Assembly: GCA_951406725.2 (NCBI GenBank)
Contig: OX597817.1
Location: 83,700,001-83,764,000, forward strand
Source: Octopus vulgaris
Lineage: Eukaryota
Direction: 5' to 3'
DNA: 64,000 nucleotides
Below the pieces are notes generated by a model, which did no database searches, was not told the DNA's origin, and saw only the letters and a list, made by a program, of their open reading frames with translations. Numbering within the stretch: position 1 is the stretch's first letter; every line of letters starts with the position of its first letter. Positions 12,032 through 25,010 of the stretch are shown piece by piece. The position numbers and the translations under genes were made by a program.

Positions 12032-15000
12032 CATTATCATCATCATTTAGCATCCGCTTTCCATGCTAGCATGGGTTGGACGGTTCAACTGGGGTCTGGG
12101 AGGCCAGAAGGCTGCACCAGGCCCAGTCTGATCTGGCAATGTTTCTATGGCTGGATGCCCTTCCTAACGCCAACCACGGTTGGATGGTGCTTTTTACGTG
12201 CCACCGGCACAGGGGCCAGGTGTGGCTGGCAGCGGCCACAATAGGATGGTGCTTTTTACGTGCCAATGGCACGGGGACCAGGTGAGGCTGGCAACAGCCA
12301 CGTTTGGATGGTTCGCTTATGTGCCACCGGCACTGGTATCACAGCTACAATTTCCATTGATGTTGATCGATTTCGATTTTGATTCTGATTCTCACTTGTC
12401 TCAACAGGTCTTCACAAGTAGAGTTTTGTGTCCCAAGAAGGAAAGGTATGCATAAGTGGACTGGCTACATCCCAGGTAGAGGTCATGGGTTATGGTCTCA
12501 CTTGTCCTGCCGGGTCTTCTCACGCACAGCATACTTCCATAGGTCTTAGTCTCTAGTCATTTCCTTAGTGAGACCTAAAGTTCAAAGGTCGTGCTTCACC
12601 AACTCGTCCCAGGTTTTTCTGGGTCTACCTCTTCCACAGGTTCCCTCAACCACTAGAGTGTGGCACTTTTTCACACAACTATCTTCATCCATTTTCGTCA
12701 CATGACCATACCAGCACAAACGTCTCTCTTGCACACCACGACTGATGCTTCTTAGGTCCAACTTTTCTCTCAAGGTACTTACACTCTGTCGAGTACGAAC
12801 ACTGACATTACACATCCAACGGAGAATACTGGCTTCATTTCTTGCAAGCTTACGCATATCCTCAGCAGTCACGGCCCATGTTTCACTACCATGTAGCATG
12901 GCCGTTCGTACACATGCATCATACAGTCTGCCTTTTACTCTGAGCAAGAGGCCTTTTGTCACCAGCAGAGGTAAGAGTTCTCTGAACTTTGCCCAGGCTA
13001 TTCTTACTCTAACAGTTACACTTCCAGCACACCCACCCCCGCTACTGACTTGGTCACCAAGGTAACGGAAGCTATCAACTATTTCTAGCTTTTCTCCCTG
13101 GAATGTGGTGGAAGTTGGTCTCTGCACATTTTCAGTGTTTATTGCTCCTGAGCATCTGCCACATACAAAAACTATTTTCCTAGTTAGCCTTCCTTTGATA
13201 TTGCTGCACCTCTTATGTGTCCATAGCTTACCCTTGGTGCATCTTATAGAGTTTCTACCTACACCTTTTCTACAGATCGAGCAGGGCCATCTACCTGAAG
13301 GCGTGTGTGATTTGTCTACCTTCCTACTTATTAGGACTTTGGTTTTAGCTAGGTTGACTCTAAGGCCCTTCGATTCTAATCCTTGCTTCCACACCTGAAA
13401 CTTCTCCTCCAGTTCTGATAGTGACTCAGCAATTAGAGCAAGGTCATCAGCATAGAGGAGCTCCCAGGAGCATCCTGTCTTGAATTCCTCCGTTATTGCC
13501 TGGAGGGCTATGATAAATAGGAGGGGGCTGAGGACTGAACCTTGGTGGACTCCAACCTCTACCCGGAATTCTTCACTGTACTCATTGCCAACCCTCACCT
13601 TACTAGCAGCATCCCTGTACATGGCTTGCACAGCTCTCACTAGCCATTCATCTATCCCTAGTTTCCTCATTGACCACCAGATAAGGGATCGGAGGACCCT
13701 GTCGAAGGCTTTCTCCATGTCAACAAAAGCCAGGTACAGGGGCTTATCTTTGGCTAGGTATTTCTCCTGCAGCTGTCTTACCAGGAATATTGCATCAGTA
13801 GCACTTTTCCCTGGCACAAACCCAAACTGCATCTCATCTAAACTAATTCTCTCTCTAATTAGTTGGGCTATGACCCTCTCTGTAACATTCATTACCTGAT
13901 CCAACAGCTTGATACCTCTGTAATTATTTGTATCTAGGGCGTCACCTTTACCTTTGTTGCAGTTGACTAGTATGCTGCTACACCAGTCATTGGGAATGAC
14001 TCCTTCGTGTATCACCTGGCTAACTATACGGGTGACTAGGTTATAGCCAACACTACCAGATATTTTGAGCATCTCTGCAGTAATTCCTGATGGGCCTGGG
14101 GCTTTCCCTGTCTACATGCTTCTAATTGCCTTAACTACCAAGGAACTGTCAACTCGGATAGCTGGTCCCTCTGTTGGGTCGACAATCGGCAGACTCTCTT
14201 TATCCCGTTCATTTTCTTTATTCAGCAACCTTTCATAGTGGCGTCTCCAAACCTCTCTCTTTGCATCCTCATTTAGCGCAAGTGAACCATCATCCATGCG
14301 AACACATTTCTCTCCTACCACATCATGATTCTCTCTCACACACTGTCTTGCAACACAAAATACCTCAAGTCTTTCATCCTCACGGCGCAGAACATTGGCA
14401 AATTTTTTCTTATCTACTTCCCTGCTACCACGTTCTTCCAGTCTTTCCAAGCTTGTTTCTTTTGTCTAATAACCCTGTCAACAATATTGTTCCACCACCA
14501 CGTTATTTTGGGTCTTGAGGGGACTTTGCACCAACCACAGATCTGGTCAGTGGCTCTCAGCAGGTTGTCCCTTAGAGACCTCCAGTTGTCTTCTACCCCA
14601 TGTGAAGCTATATCCCCTTCTATTTCGTCAAAGGCTTCAAGTAAAATGTCTCTAAAGCTCTGTCCATTCGCAGGATCTTTAAGTTTCCAGACCCTTCTTC
14701 TCCATCTTGGTCGTCTTCTGGTCATCCTCTTAGTCCTGATCCTAAAGTCACTAACTACCAGTCTATGTTGTGGGGTACATTCTTCGCCTGGGAAGGTTTT
14801 GGCATTTATAAGCAGCCATCTTTCCCTTTTTCTGGCAAGGATGTCGGCCCGATTGGTAGGTGACTAAGTGGCTGGTAGGTTTCCTGAAGTTAGTGTTGCA
14901 AACCATAAGACTATTCGCATCGCCGAACTCCAGCAGCCTGGTTCCCTCCTCGTTGCGAGAACTATAACCGTAGACTCCATGTATGCCATGGAAGCCCCCC

Positions 15001-15500
15001 AGCATGTAGTCCAACATGCCCATTGAAGTCACCAGCCACAAAGAGAAGGTCCCTGTCGTTCGTCAATGAGGTAGTCTGCAGTAGGGTGTCATAGAATCGG
15101 TCTTTCTGTCCATCGGGCAGTCTTGGCTGAGGGGCATAGGCCGATATGATGGTTGCTAATCCATGATGAAGCACTAATCTAATCTTAAGTATTCTGTCGC
15201 ATACTCTGACTACTTCAATTACCTTATCTACCCATTTTTCAGCGAGAAGTATACCCACGCCCCCGACCCCGTCAGTGTTCCCAGCCCAGAAAATCTTGTA
15301 CCTGTGTTCTTTGCCTGTGAGGAACCTAGCAGAACCTCCTCTCCACCTCACTTCTTGAATGCAGCACATATCAACATACCTCCTTTCAAGCAACTCAACA
15401 ATCTCGCCAGACCTACCTTTCAGTGTGTCAACATTGAGAGTGCCAACCCTGAGGGTGTGGGGAGTATAGGCCCTATGCACCTTGGGACGGGGGACAGTAG
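12032..15500 (-). mobile_element. Near-full-length RTE-clade LINE (APE endonuclease + RT), disabled; 3' UTR with subrepeats and (GAT)n tail; flanked by (TA)n
   Basis: EN motifs GTLNV, IQEVRW, AGDFNGH; RT motifs FVDMEKAFD, GVHQGSVLSP, LYADD, YLG; C-terminal GRGRPRKTW. Frameshifts near 15000, 14840 and 14430; stops at 14112 and 12582. Confidence 0.93.
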
Positions 15501-15556
15501 CTTATATATATATAAAAGGATAGAAAAATCTTAAAATTTCAAACAAATTTATTTTA

Positions 15557-15990
15557 CTATGGGGTAGGACTACCCTTGGCTGTAATTTCAGATTGAATTG
15601 TACGAAGTATGGACTCATACAAAGTTTGAATTGTTTCGAAAGGAATTTTTCTCCATTCTTCAGCTTAAATAGTCTCCAGTTTTTATAGATGATGGTGGAG
15701 GATATTGACTTCTTGTTTTTCTAAAATGCACCATAATATTGAGATCTGGGGACTGTGGTGGCCAGATAAGATATTCAACATCACTAGAATGTTCCTCGTG
15801 CCATTCAATAACAACTTTAGCTGTGTAAATTGGTGCATTATCATCCTGAAAGATTGTGTTTCCCTCAGTAAACAGTTCCGCAACCATAGGATGAATTTGA
15901 TCCTATAAAATGCTTGAATAGTCTTGACAATTAATTCTACCTTGAAGGACAACCATTGGGCCAGTGGATTTCCTAGATATAGCCCCACCT
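15557..15990 (-). mobile_element. Tc1-family transposase C-terminal remnant
   Basis: IFQDDNAPIYT...WPPQSPDLNI, ending AKGSPTP*; frameshifted. Confidence 0.85.
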
Positions 15991-16417
15991 TTCCCAGATC
16001 ATCACAGATCCTCCTCCATGTTTAACAGTTGGAAGAGGGCAGTTTTGGTCAATGGATGTCGCAAAAAAATTATGAGCACACTTTTGATTGAGCTGTGGGT
16101 CTGTCGTGTCCCTGTGCCACTTGAAACATTGTATCTAACCCACTGCCACGTTGCTGTTAGCTTGCCAAAGCATGCTCAATGTTTCTATAGCAGACTTCCC
16201 AAGTTTAACGTAAAATTTCATATTGGCTCTTTGTTCCAATTTCATGTTCTATGACAAAATCACAGACTACAGCACACATGAGATCACAAATTTCACAACT
16301 TACAAAGTAAACATAACGATGTTCCCTCAGCACACTGCCTTATGAAGGTCATTGCTAGCTCTCACTGCACAGGCAATCGTATGCTGCCATCTGTTGGCAC
16401 ACTACAGAAGTAGTCCG

Positions 16418-16646
16418 GCAACGAGGAGGGAACCAGGCTGCTGGAGTTCTACGATGCGAATAGTCTTATGGTTTGCAACACTAACTTCAGAAAACCTACC
16501 AGCCACTTAGTCACCTACCAATCGGGCCGACATACTAGTCAAATCTCACTACATCCTTGCCAGAAAAAGGGAAAGATGGCTGCTTATAAATGCCAAAACC
16601 TTCCCAGGTGAAGAATGTACCCCACAACATAGACTGGTAGTTAGTG
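16418..16646 (+). mobile_element. Isolated internal RTE endonuclease fragment, inverted relative to 14749-14956
   Basis: Near-identical reverse complement of the neighbouring LINE plus 21 extra nt. Confidence 0.9.
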
Positions 16647-16787
16647 TATTCCCTTCACCAGCTGTGCAGTCAGATATCACTTTGGTTTTGACACCCGGGC
16701 AGTACCATTAAATTTGGAAGTGTCCACAGCATTAAAAATATAAACACTACCTGTAAATCTACCAGCTTATTACTACATGTAACAACA

Positions 16788-16945
16788 TAGGAGTGGCTGT
16801 GTGGTAAGTAGCTTGCATACCAACCACATAGTTTCGGGTTCAGTCCCACTGCGTGACACCTTGGGCAAGTGTCTTCTACTATAGTCTCGGGCCGACCAAA
16901 GTCTTGTGAGTGGATTTGGTAGACAGAAACTGGAAGAAGCCCATC

Positions 16946-16991
<46 letters not shown>

Positions 16992-17194
16992 TTATGTTTG
17001 TGTTTATCTCCCCAACATCACTTGACAACTGATGGTGGTGTGTTTACGTCCCCATAACTTAGCAGTTTGGCAAAAGAGACCAATAGAATAAGTACTAGGC
17101 TTACAAAGAATAAGTCCTGGGGTTGATTTGCTCGACTAAAGGCGGTGCTCCAGCATGGCCACAGTCAAATGGCTGAAACAAGTAAAAGAGTAAA
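16788..17194 (+). mobile_element. CORE-like SINE
   Basis: Colinear copy of the 5646-6079 family. Confidence 0.8.
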
Positions 17195-17762
17195 TATTGA
17201 TAACTTTTAGCTACAAAATAGTATTCATAACAAAGAACTAATTCCAAAAAAGTCATTAAGATAGTACAACAAACATAGATAACTAAATACTTTGTTGTTT
17301 AATCAACATCACATCATGAACATGATACACACCCAAAAACAAGCCTAATAATGATTAGTGAAACAGTACAACGTGTAAACAATGTCCTCAAACTATACAC
17401 AAGGAAAATGATAAACTTAGATCAATATCTTTGAAAGAAGTTCAATACTATAGAATATACTAACCAAAATAAACTGCTTTTTAAAAGTAAAACAATAAAA
17501 AAAAAAGAGAAATAGACTTTAATTAAATTTCAAAAAATTATTTACGTATAAATTTATATGCATCTATAATTAAAACCAATAATTAATAACACTTAGCTAC
17601 AAAGAGACTAAATAATTCATTATAAATAAACGGCTAATGAGCTTGTTACGTGGGAACAAATCAAATTACTCTTAATTATAGTATAAATAAATATATATGT
17701 AGTTTAAATCAACATATGCACTTAGAAACTATAAACATTGAATACTGGCTCTGTGGTTAGAG

Positions 17763-20569
17763 TAGTGGTTCCTAAACCGTGCGCCATGGTACACTGGTGC
17801 GCTGCAAGATGTTGCTAGGTGTGCCTCGAAAAAGTAAGATTATATTTCAAAATATGAAAAATATAAACCGAAATTCACTAGTAAGTTAAAATATAAATGC
17901 CAAAGTGGCAAAAAACTAAATACTAAGTTCTCAAGAATGAGAGGTGGTTGCATCATTCAATTTATGTAGGCTAATTATGGTATGACAGTGTTATTCAATT
18001 TTGAATCTGAAATTTCATAAGGATAAGAACTAAATTAGCATCAATCTATCCTCGAAATTGACATCTTATGGATATTCAGTGCATGACTATGTTTCATTTT
18101 ATTTCAGTCATTGCCTCAGCAGTTTTCATTTCAATAATAAATGTGAAAAATAAACTATTGAACTAAAATATACAATGCTGAACTAAATCTTTTAATACAT
18201 CCTCACGTCTTGTGGCTGTATTGCAGTTTTTTTTTTTATCCATGTAGTGGCAAGAATATTCATCTTTTCAATTAATTTTGAAAGACTTCTCAAACAAGTT
18301 CAATAATGTGAAATGCTGCAACTTTTCACAGCTCACTGGTCACTTGTCTCCGTCTCAGTTTGACTCTGTTGGTAATCTGTGCTATTTGTTTGAGACAATT
18401 CATATTAACAGACTAAATTATCCATAAAATGGATAAGTTTATTAAGAGAAAAAAATAACTGATGATTATGAATCTGAAAGTGAAGGTTTGTCAAAAACAA
18501 CTAAGCGTAGTGATAATAATGTGAAAGCTCGACCAAATCATAAATATTGTAATAGCTGTTTAAAGTTTGGGTTTTATTGGACTGGCAACGAGGATCAACC
18601 TCTTCTGCTGTGTGTTGTTTATGTTGAAAAGATGTCTAACAAAGACATATTGCCCGGCAAGTTGAAAAGACATTTTACAACTAAACACTCACATCTTCAA
18701 TGTAAAGATTTGAATTATTTCCAAAGACTGCTAGAACAGCAATCTAGACAAAGAAACTATTTTGAAAAAAGGATGAATGCTTCTGAAAAGGTTCATGTTG
18801 CATCTATTGAGATAGCTGAAATGATTGCACTACAAACGAAATTGCTTGTACAACATCAAAATCCTAATGTCATTCATACTCATTGCTTCCTGCATAGGGA
18901 GGTACTAGTTTGAAAAACAATACCAGTTGAGTTAAAGTAAGTATTAAACGATGTTGTTGAAATGGTTAATCATATTCAAAGTAGGCCATTGAGTTATTAT
19001 TTAGCCAAGTCAATTATCTAATCCGCTTGTAGAAAGATGGTTAGAACCATGTTAGGTGATGAAGCCGAGCAAGAAATAAGTAAGATTCTACTCTCAAATA
19101 ATGCAATCCATAGGTGAATTATGGATTTATCTGCTGATACAGAGGGAAATGTACAGAACAAACTTCAGAACTCAGATTTTGCTCTACAGGTTGATGAATC
19201 AACTGACATTAGCAATAAAACACAATTACTTGCATTTATTCACTTTAAGAAATGCCACTCACTACAAGACATCAAGATATTTTTGACATTTTATCTGCTG
19301 ACCTCAAAAAATGGAATTTATCCTGGAATTCAGGTGTCAGAATATGTACCTATGGGGCACCATCTATGATAAGCTCTATTAAAGGTTTTGTATTGCACGT
19401 ACAACATCAAAATCCTAATATACATACTGATTGTTTCCTACATAAGGAGGTACTAGTTTAAAAAACAATACCATTTGAGTTAAAGCAAGTATTAAACCAA
19501 GTTGTTATAATGGTTAAGTATATTCAAAGTAGGCCATTGAGGTGTTGTTTATTTGAAGAAATTTGTGTTGATATGGATTCCCAGCACAAGCGCTTACTTT
19601 TACTCACAAAAGTCAAATGGCTCTCAAAAGGTAAGGTGCTACATCGCATACATGAACTCCAGAAGGAATTGCATGCATTTTTTGAAGAAGAAAAACATGA
19701 ACGCTTCTTAGAATATTTACAATGTGAATTTGGGGTTTCCAAGTTCGAATGTTTAACATAGATATTTGCACAATTAAATAGCACCAACACAGGTATGCAA
19801 GGTAGAGATGAAAACATTCTCACTTCGGTAGATAAGCTGGTTTCATTTAAGAAGAAAGTTGTAATTTGGTAAAATAGAGTTGAAGGTGGTAACTTCAAAA
19901 TGTTTCCCTTAATACATAAAAGCTGCATTAGAAAAATTATTCCTATTGTATTTGAACATTTGACAAATCTGGAAGGAAAGAAAAATAAACTTTTATTTTC
20001 CATCATTGAACACAGAAGAGTATGATTGGGTTCAAAATCCCTTCATAAAAATTCCATCTAATATTGATCTGAAAATATCCAGTGATTGCGGACTTAAAAT
20101 CAAGTATACTGAGTTACCTATTGATACATTTTGGATTGCTATTATAGGAGAATACCCCTCAGTAGTAAAAAAAAAAAGCTTTTGGTGCATTTTTCCACAT
20201 TGTATTTATGCGAGTTGAGATTTTCAATCCTCAATAACATCAAATCCAAAAGGAGAGAGAGGCTCCGTTGTATCGAAGAAGAAATGAGGGTTTGTCTTTC
20301 CCAAATATGTCCCAATATTGAAAATGTTTCCAAAAAACATCAAGCGCATGTTTCTCATTGACAACTTTGCTTCCAATATTGAATAAAGAGTGAGTACATG
20401 CAATTTTTCTGTACTTTTAATTATCTATATCTTACTTCATAGTTTATTGCTATGCTAATATGTATAAAATCCCTTTTGAATAAATTTGAGAATATATGTA
20501 CAAAGTGCACCAAATTATTTTGACTTCCTGTAAGGTGTGCCATGAAGGAAAGAAGTTTGGGAACCACTG
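17763..20569 (+). mobile_element. hAT transposon (Buster/Charlie group) with both ends; transposase disabled
   Basis: TIRs TAGTGGTTCCTAAAC / GTTTGGGAACCACTG; 8-bp TSD GGTTAGAG/GGTTAGTG with central TA; motifs KLKRHFTTKH, FALQVDESTDI, HTHCFLHRE, KWLSKGKVL, STLYLCE..FS, QAHVSH*. Confidence 0.92.
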
Positions 20570-20840
20570 GGTTAGTGTCAGGCTCACAATCATGAGGTAG
20601 TGAGTTTGATTTCCAGACTGGACTGCATCTTGTGTTCTTGAGCATGACACTTTATTTCATGTTTCTCCAGCTGTAGAAATGAGTTGCGACATCATTGGTG
20701 CCAAGCTGTATTGGCCTTTCCCTTGGATAACATTGGTATCATGGATCTTCCATAAACAACCTTGCCTGGACTTGTGCCTTGGAGGGTACTTTCTAGGTGC
20801 ACTCTCACTGTCGTTCATGACTGAAGGGAGTCTTTACCCT
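20570..20840 (+). mobile_element. tRNA-derived SINE (29704 family); its first bases lie at about 17746-17762, split by the hAT
   Basis: Joining the flanks restores TGGCTCTGTGGTTAGAG|TCAGGCTCACAATCATGAGG, matching 29711-29750. Confidence 0.8.
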
Positions 20841-23670
20841 TTACTACAAAAACGAAAATGCTATCAAAATAATGCTCCCTACACTCCCCAAACATAAAAG
20901 ATCAATATCTGTTAACTGGCAGAAATCATCCTAACTATCCAATGAAAAGAAGTGACATTGAACTCTATAGTGAATGACAGCTAATCAGTGAAAATGACAT
21001 TGTACAGAACATTGAATGGCAACCAGCCCCCAGAACTTCTAAACAGTGATTTAACCTAGACTAGATAAAAAAAAAAAACTAGCAGTCCTTACAATTCCAG
21101 GCTTAACTATAAGCTCAAGATCATTTGATACTTTCTGAAAACCATCACACTGTGTTAATCTAAACAACAGTTAAAACATTTAACCAGCCTTTTATTACTA
21201 TAACCTTGTTTTTCCATGTGCACCTTTAACATATTAACCTTATCCAAACACATTTCAACTTTATTTATAATTTTGCCATATCTAATGGCTTAACTGGACA
21301 ACATGTTATAACCCATCCAAAGAAGAATTCAGCTAACTGCACAAGGCAATGATGTAATGCCGAAATTATAACTATCAGTCTTATTATAAATACTCGTCTC
21401 AACCTTTCCATCTACACTAATTAATTTCACACCCAAATGGTTAGCCTCTTTTACAGCTTAACCATTTCTATTTGCCTTGAGATCCACTGGATATATATTT
21501 CCCAGCAAATATTCGAAATAGATGCAGGCATAGTTGCTTTCGAACTGCATGGGTCCCAGTTCAGTCCTGCTGTATGTTATCTTGGGCAAGTGTCTTCTAC
21601 AAAGCCTCAGGCTGACCAAAGCCTTGTGAGTGGATTTGGTAGTCAAAAACTGAAAAATGCCCATTATATGTATACATACATATGTGTGTTTGTGTGTATA
21701 TGTGTGTTTAAGTCCCCATTACCTAGTGGTTCAGCTAAAGAGACTGATAGAATAAGCCATGGAAGAAGAGGAATATTACTTTATATGGAAACAGGTGAAT
21801 GTTGGTGACAGGATTGGCATCTAGCCATTGGAAATCTGCTTGAATGAGTTTTATCTGACCCATGCAAGCAAGTTGATTTACCCAGAAAGATTCTCTTATC
21901 TGTTGTCATTGAATGGTTTACTATAATCATGGTCAATTTATTTTAATTCAGGAAATGCACACAGAACAGCAAGTATTTTGTTTAATAATGCACTTCCATC
22001 TTTAATGTGTTCTGGCAGATTCAAACATGAATGTGTGATCCCAGTTGTATGTTAACATTGGAGAACATCTCTTCCTTTTGGACAATGTGTCTTCATAACA
22101 CACAATTCATTGATGCAAAGGGAGTTTGAGACATTGTTGTGTTTCAGCTTTGTTATGTGCCTCCTCAGTTAAAGCTCTTCAGACTGGGAAATCTGACAAG
22201 AGTACTGGCTCTTGTTTTATAGAAAGCAGTAAACACATTATTTGCTGATGCATGCTCATCTCTACCAAACCGATAATAAATTCATGAGGTTCATGCAGAA
22301 GAGTGAGAATTCAAACAATAATGTATCTATTCATTTTCAATAAGTTTGGGCTGATTTGAACATGAGTGTGCTGGTCACAAGGAAGATGTTTTGTAATGGT
22401 GAAATACAACAGTGTAGCACTTGTGCTGGTGGCATGTGAAAAAAACATTCGAGCAAGGTCATTACCAGTGCCGCTGGACTGGCTCCTGTGCAGGTGGCAC
22501 ATAAAAAGCACCATTTGAATGTGGCCATTGCCAGTACTGCCTGACTGACCCTCGTGCCAGTGGCACATAAAAGCACCCATTACACTCTCGGAGTGGTTGG
22601 CATTAGGAAGGGCATCCAGCTGTAGAAACTCTACCAGATCAATTTGGAGTCTGGTGCAGTCATCTGGTTCGCCAGACCTCAGTCAAATCGTCCAACCCAT
22701 GCTAGCATGGAAAGCGTACGTTAAACGATGATGATGATGATGATCAGCATATTTATGTGTGAATCTCTTAAAATATACAAAGAATGAGTAGATATGTTAG
22801 TGTAGTTCATTTTGTTATTTTGTTTTTGAAATTTTATTTTAAAATATTCACACATAAACAATTATTTATATTTAATATCAACTTCTCTAACTTCACCCAG
22901 TTATCTCTGCTACTTGGTCTCCTTTGAGCCAACAGGAAAACCTCTACATGGTCACTGCAGCTGGCTAGAAATAGCAAGCATATTCCCTCAACATATCCTA
23001 CTGCCTTAAATAAAGGCTACATTGGATCATGTTCTAGCCAAAGCTAGAATGACTTTGATCATGGGTCTGCTAAATCAGGACTTAGAGTGTGAGCATGCAC
23101 CCTTCTTTGTCCTTCTACCTCTTTTTATAATGAAAAAAAAATGTGTGTGGCTGTCTAAACACATGTAACATACAAATAATAAATGTTAATGCTAACATAT
23201 ATTAATATACTCTTACCTCTTGCAACAGACATTCTCTTTCAGAGAGCATATAGGTTTTATCCAGCCCTCTAACGAAAACATAGATTCACTTTCTCAACTT
23301 TTCTCTACTTCTCACTTACTTTTCCCTTCTGTCTCTATCTCTCTATCCTTCTATCTATATCACTATCTATCTATCTGTACATATTTCATTCTCTCTCTCT
23401 CTTTCATTCAGTCAGTGCCTAAAGTAACACATACATCCAAACATGTAATCAACAGTACCAGCATATGTATAATTCTCTGTCTTTTTATTGATCAAGCCAT
23501 GTGCTACCTTTCCTGTAATCATTCCAAAACTAATTAGCATTATGGGAAACTTTGGTAAGCTCCATCACGAGAATACATCTATTGCATAATCAATACCAAT
23601 CATTTCATAACAGCATGTTTAAGCACTTCTCCAGAAGGGTGTTTTTTAAACAGGCTAATGGGTTTTATAT

Positions 23671-23722
<52 letters not shown>

Positions 23723-24511
23723 CCATAGCAACAGCACTCACCAGTCACTTGTAAGATATATGAAAGATGCAATTTGCACAATTTTCACAGTGAACAACCA
23801 GTGGAATGTTGAATTTCAGAGCAAAGCCTACTTTCGGCGCAGTTAACAATCTGTAGACCAAAGGACTACTGCTGTCACATCTACTATTGGTACCATCAAG
23901 GCTTTTGCTATCATCATTGCTATCACCACCTCATTCATTACTACTACCACCATTATTATTACCACTACCACCACTATCATTATCACCACCATCATCAGAA
24001 CACCATCCTAATGACAAAGTTGTTTCATTAAACTCCTCCAAACTCTTGCCATTCAATTGAATTGGAACACATTCAGCATTTCAATAGAAGTCAGTATCAC
24101 TATAGACTACCTTCAAAAGAACATGCAAAAACACACTTTTTTGCAAGGTCATTTTCATGTCAAAATACATTTTTTTTCATGAAAAATTATATATCATTTG
24201 AAAGTTCTGAATGTGAACTTCCTTCTCATATAGTTTTGATCAAAATTTGATATATATCATACCAGGGTCCCTTAAACACCCTGTTATTTCCACCCTTTCA
24301 CAAAGTTTTTCCTATTTTATTTTATTATTTTTTGACTGCTGAATGGTAGCTCTAGTTCTAGTTCAAAGTACTGGAGCACTATAATTCGCTTTGTGTTCAA
24401 AATCATCCAGTCATTGAAGAGGACTATTTTTGCTTAATTTGATATAAAAATCAATAGGAGTAGGTCAGATAATCATTATGAAATATAAAAAAACGGTAAG
24501 TTTATCATTGT

Positions 24512-25010
24512 GGAGGCATGTGGCTTAGTGGTTAAGGTGTCAGTATCATGATCATAAGATTGTGGTTTCGATTCCTGGACCAGGCGAACACGTTGTGTTC
24601 TTGAGCAAAACACTTCATTTAACATTGCTCCAGTCCACTCAGCTGGCCAAAATGAGTAACACTGTGATGGACTGGCGTCCCATCCAGCTAGGGAACGCAT
24701 ATGCCATTGAAACTGATAAACCGGGCCCATGAGCCTGGCTAGGCTTTAAAAGGGCACACTTTGTGGAGGCACAATGGCGCAGTTTTGATTCCCAGACCGG
24801 GCGTTGTGTGTGTTTATTGAGCGAAAACACCTCAAGCTCCACGAGGCTCCAGCAACCCCTGTTGTACTCTTTCACCCCAACTTTCTCTCAATCTGTCTTC
24901 CTGTTTCTTGAGTAATGCTGCAATGGACTGGCATCCCGTCCAGCTGGCGGGGAACACATACGCTACGGAAACTGAGCCCATGAGCCTGGCTAGGCTTGAA
25001 AAGGGTGCAT
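24512..25010 (+). mobile_element. Two tandem tRNA-derived SINE copies (another copy at 43270-43520)
   Basis: A-box TGGCTTAGTGG, B-box GGTTTCGATTCC; shared tail CCCATGAGCCTGGCTAGGCTT. Confidence 0.75.

Noticed and set aside
12170-12335. CRISPR-like repeat-spacer pattern
   Set aside because: Eukaryotic LINE UTR subrepeats; the intervening sequences are related to each other and there are no cas genes.
12745-14867. Plus-strand ORFs of 97-180 aa
   Set aside because: They are antisense shadows of the RTE ORF.
18429-20361. Domesticated ZBED/SCAND-type host gene
   Set aside because: Multiple stops and frameshifts together with intact TIRs and TSD indicate a dead transposon.
20850-21450. Possible decayed LINE C-terminal/RNase H fragment (similar A/C-rich tract at 17220-17700)
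   Set aside because: No convincing conserved motif could be read by eye.
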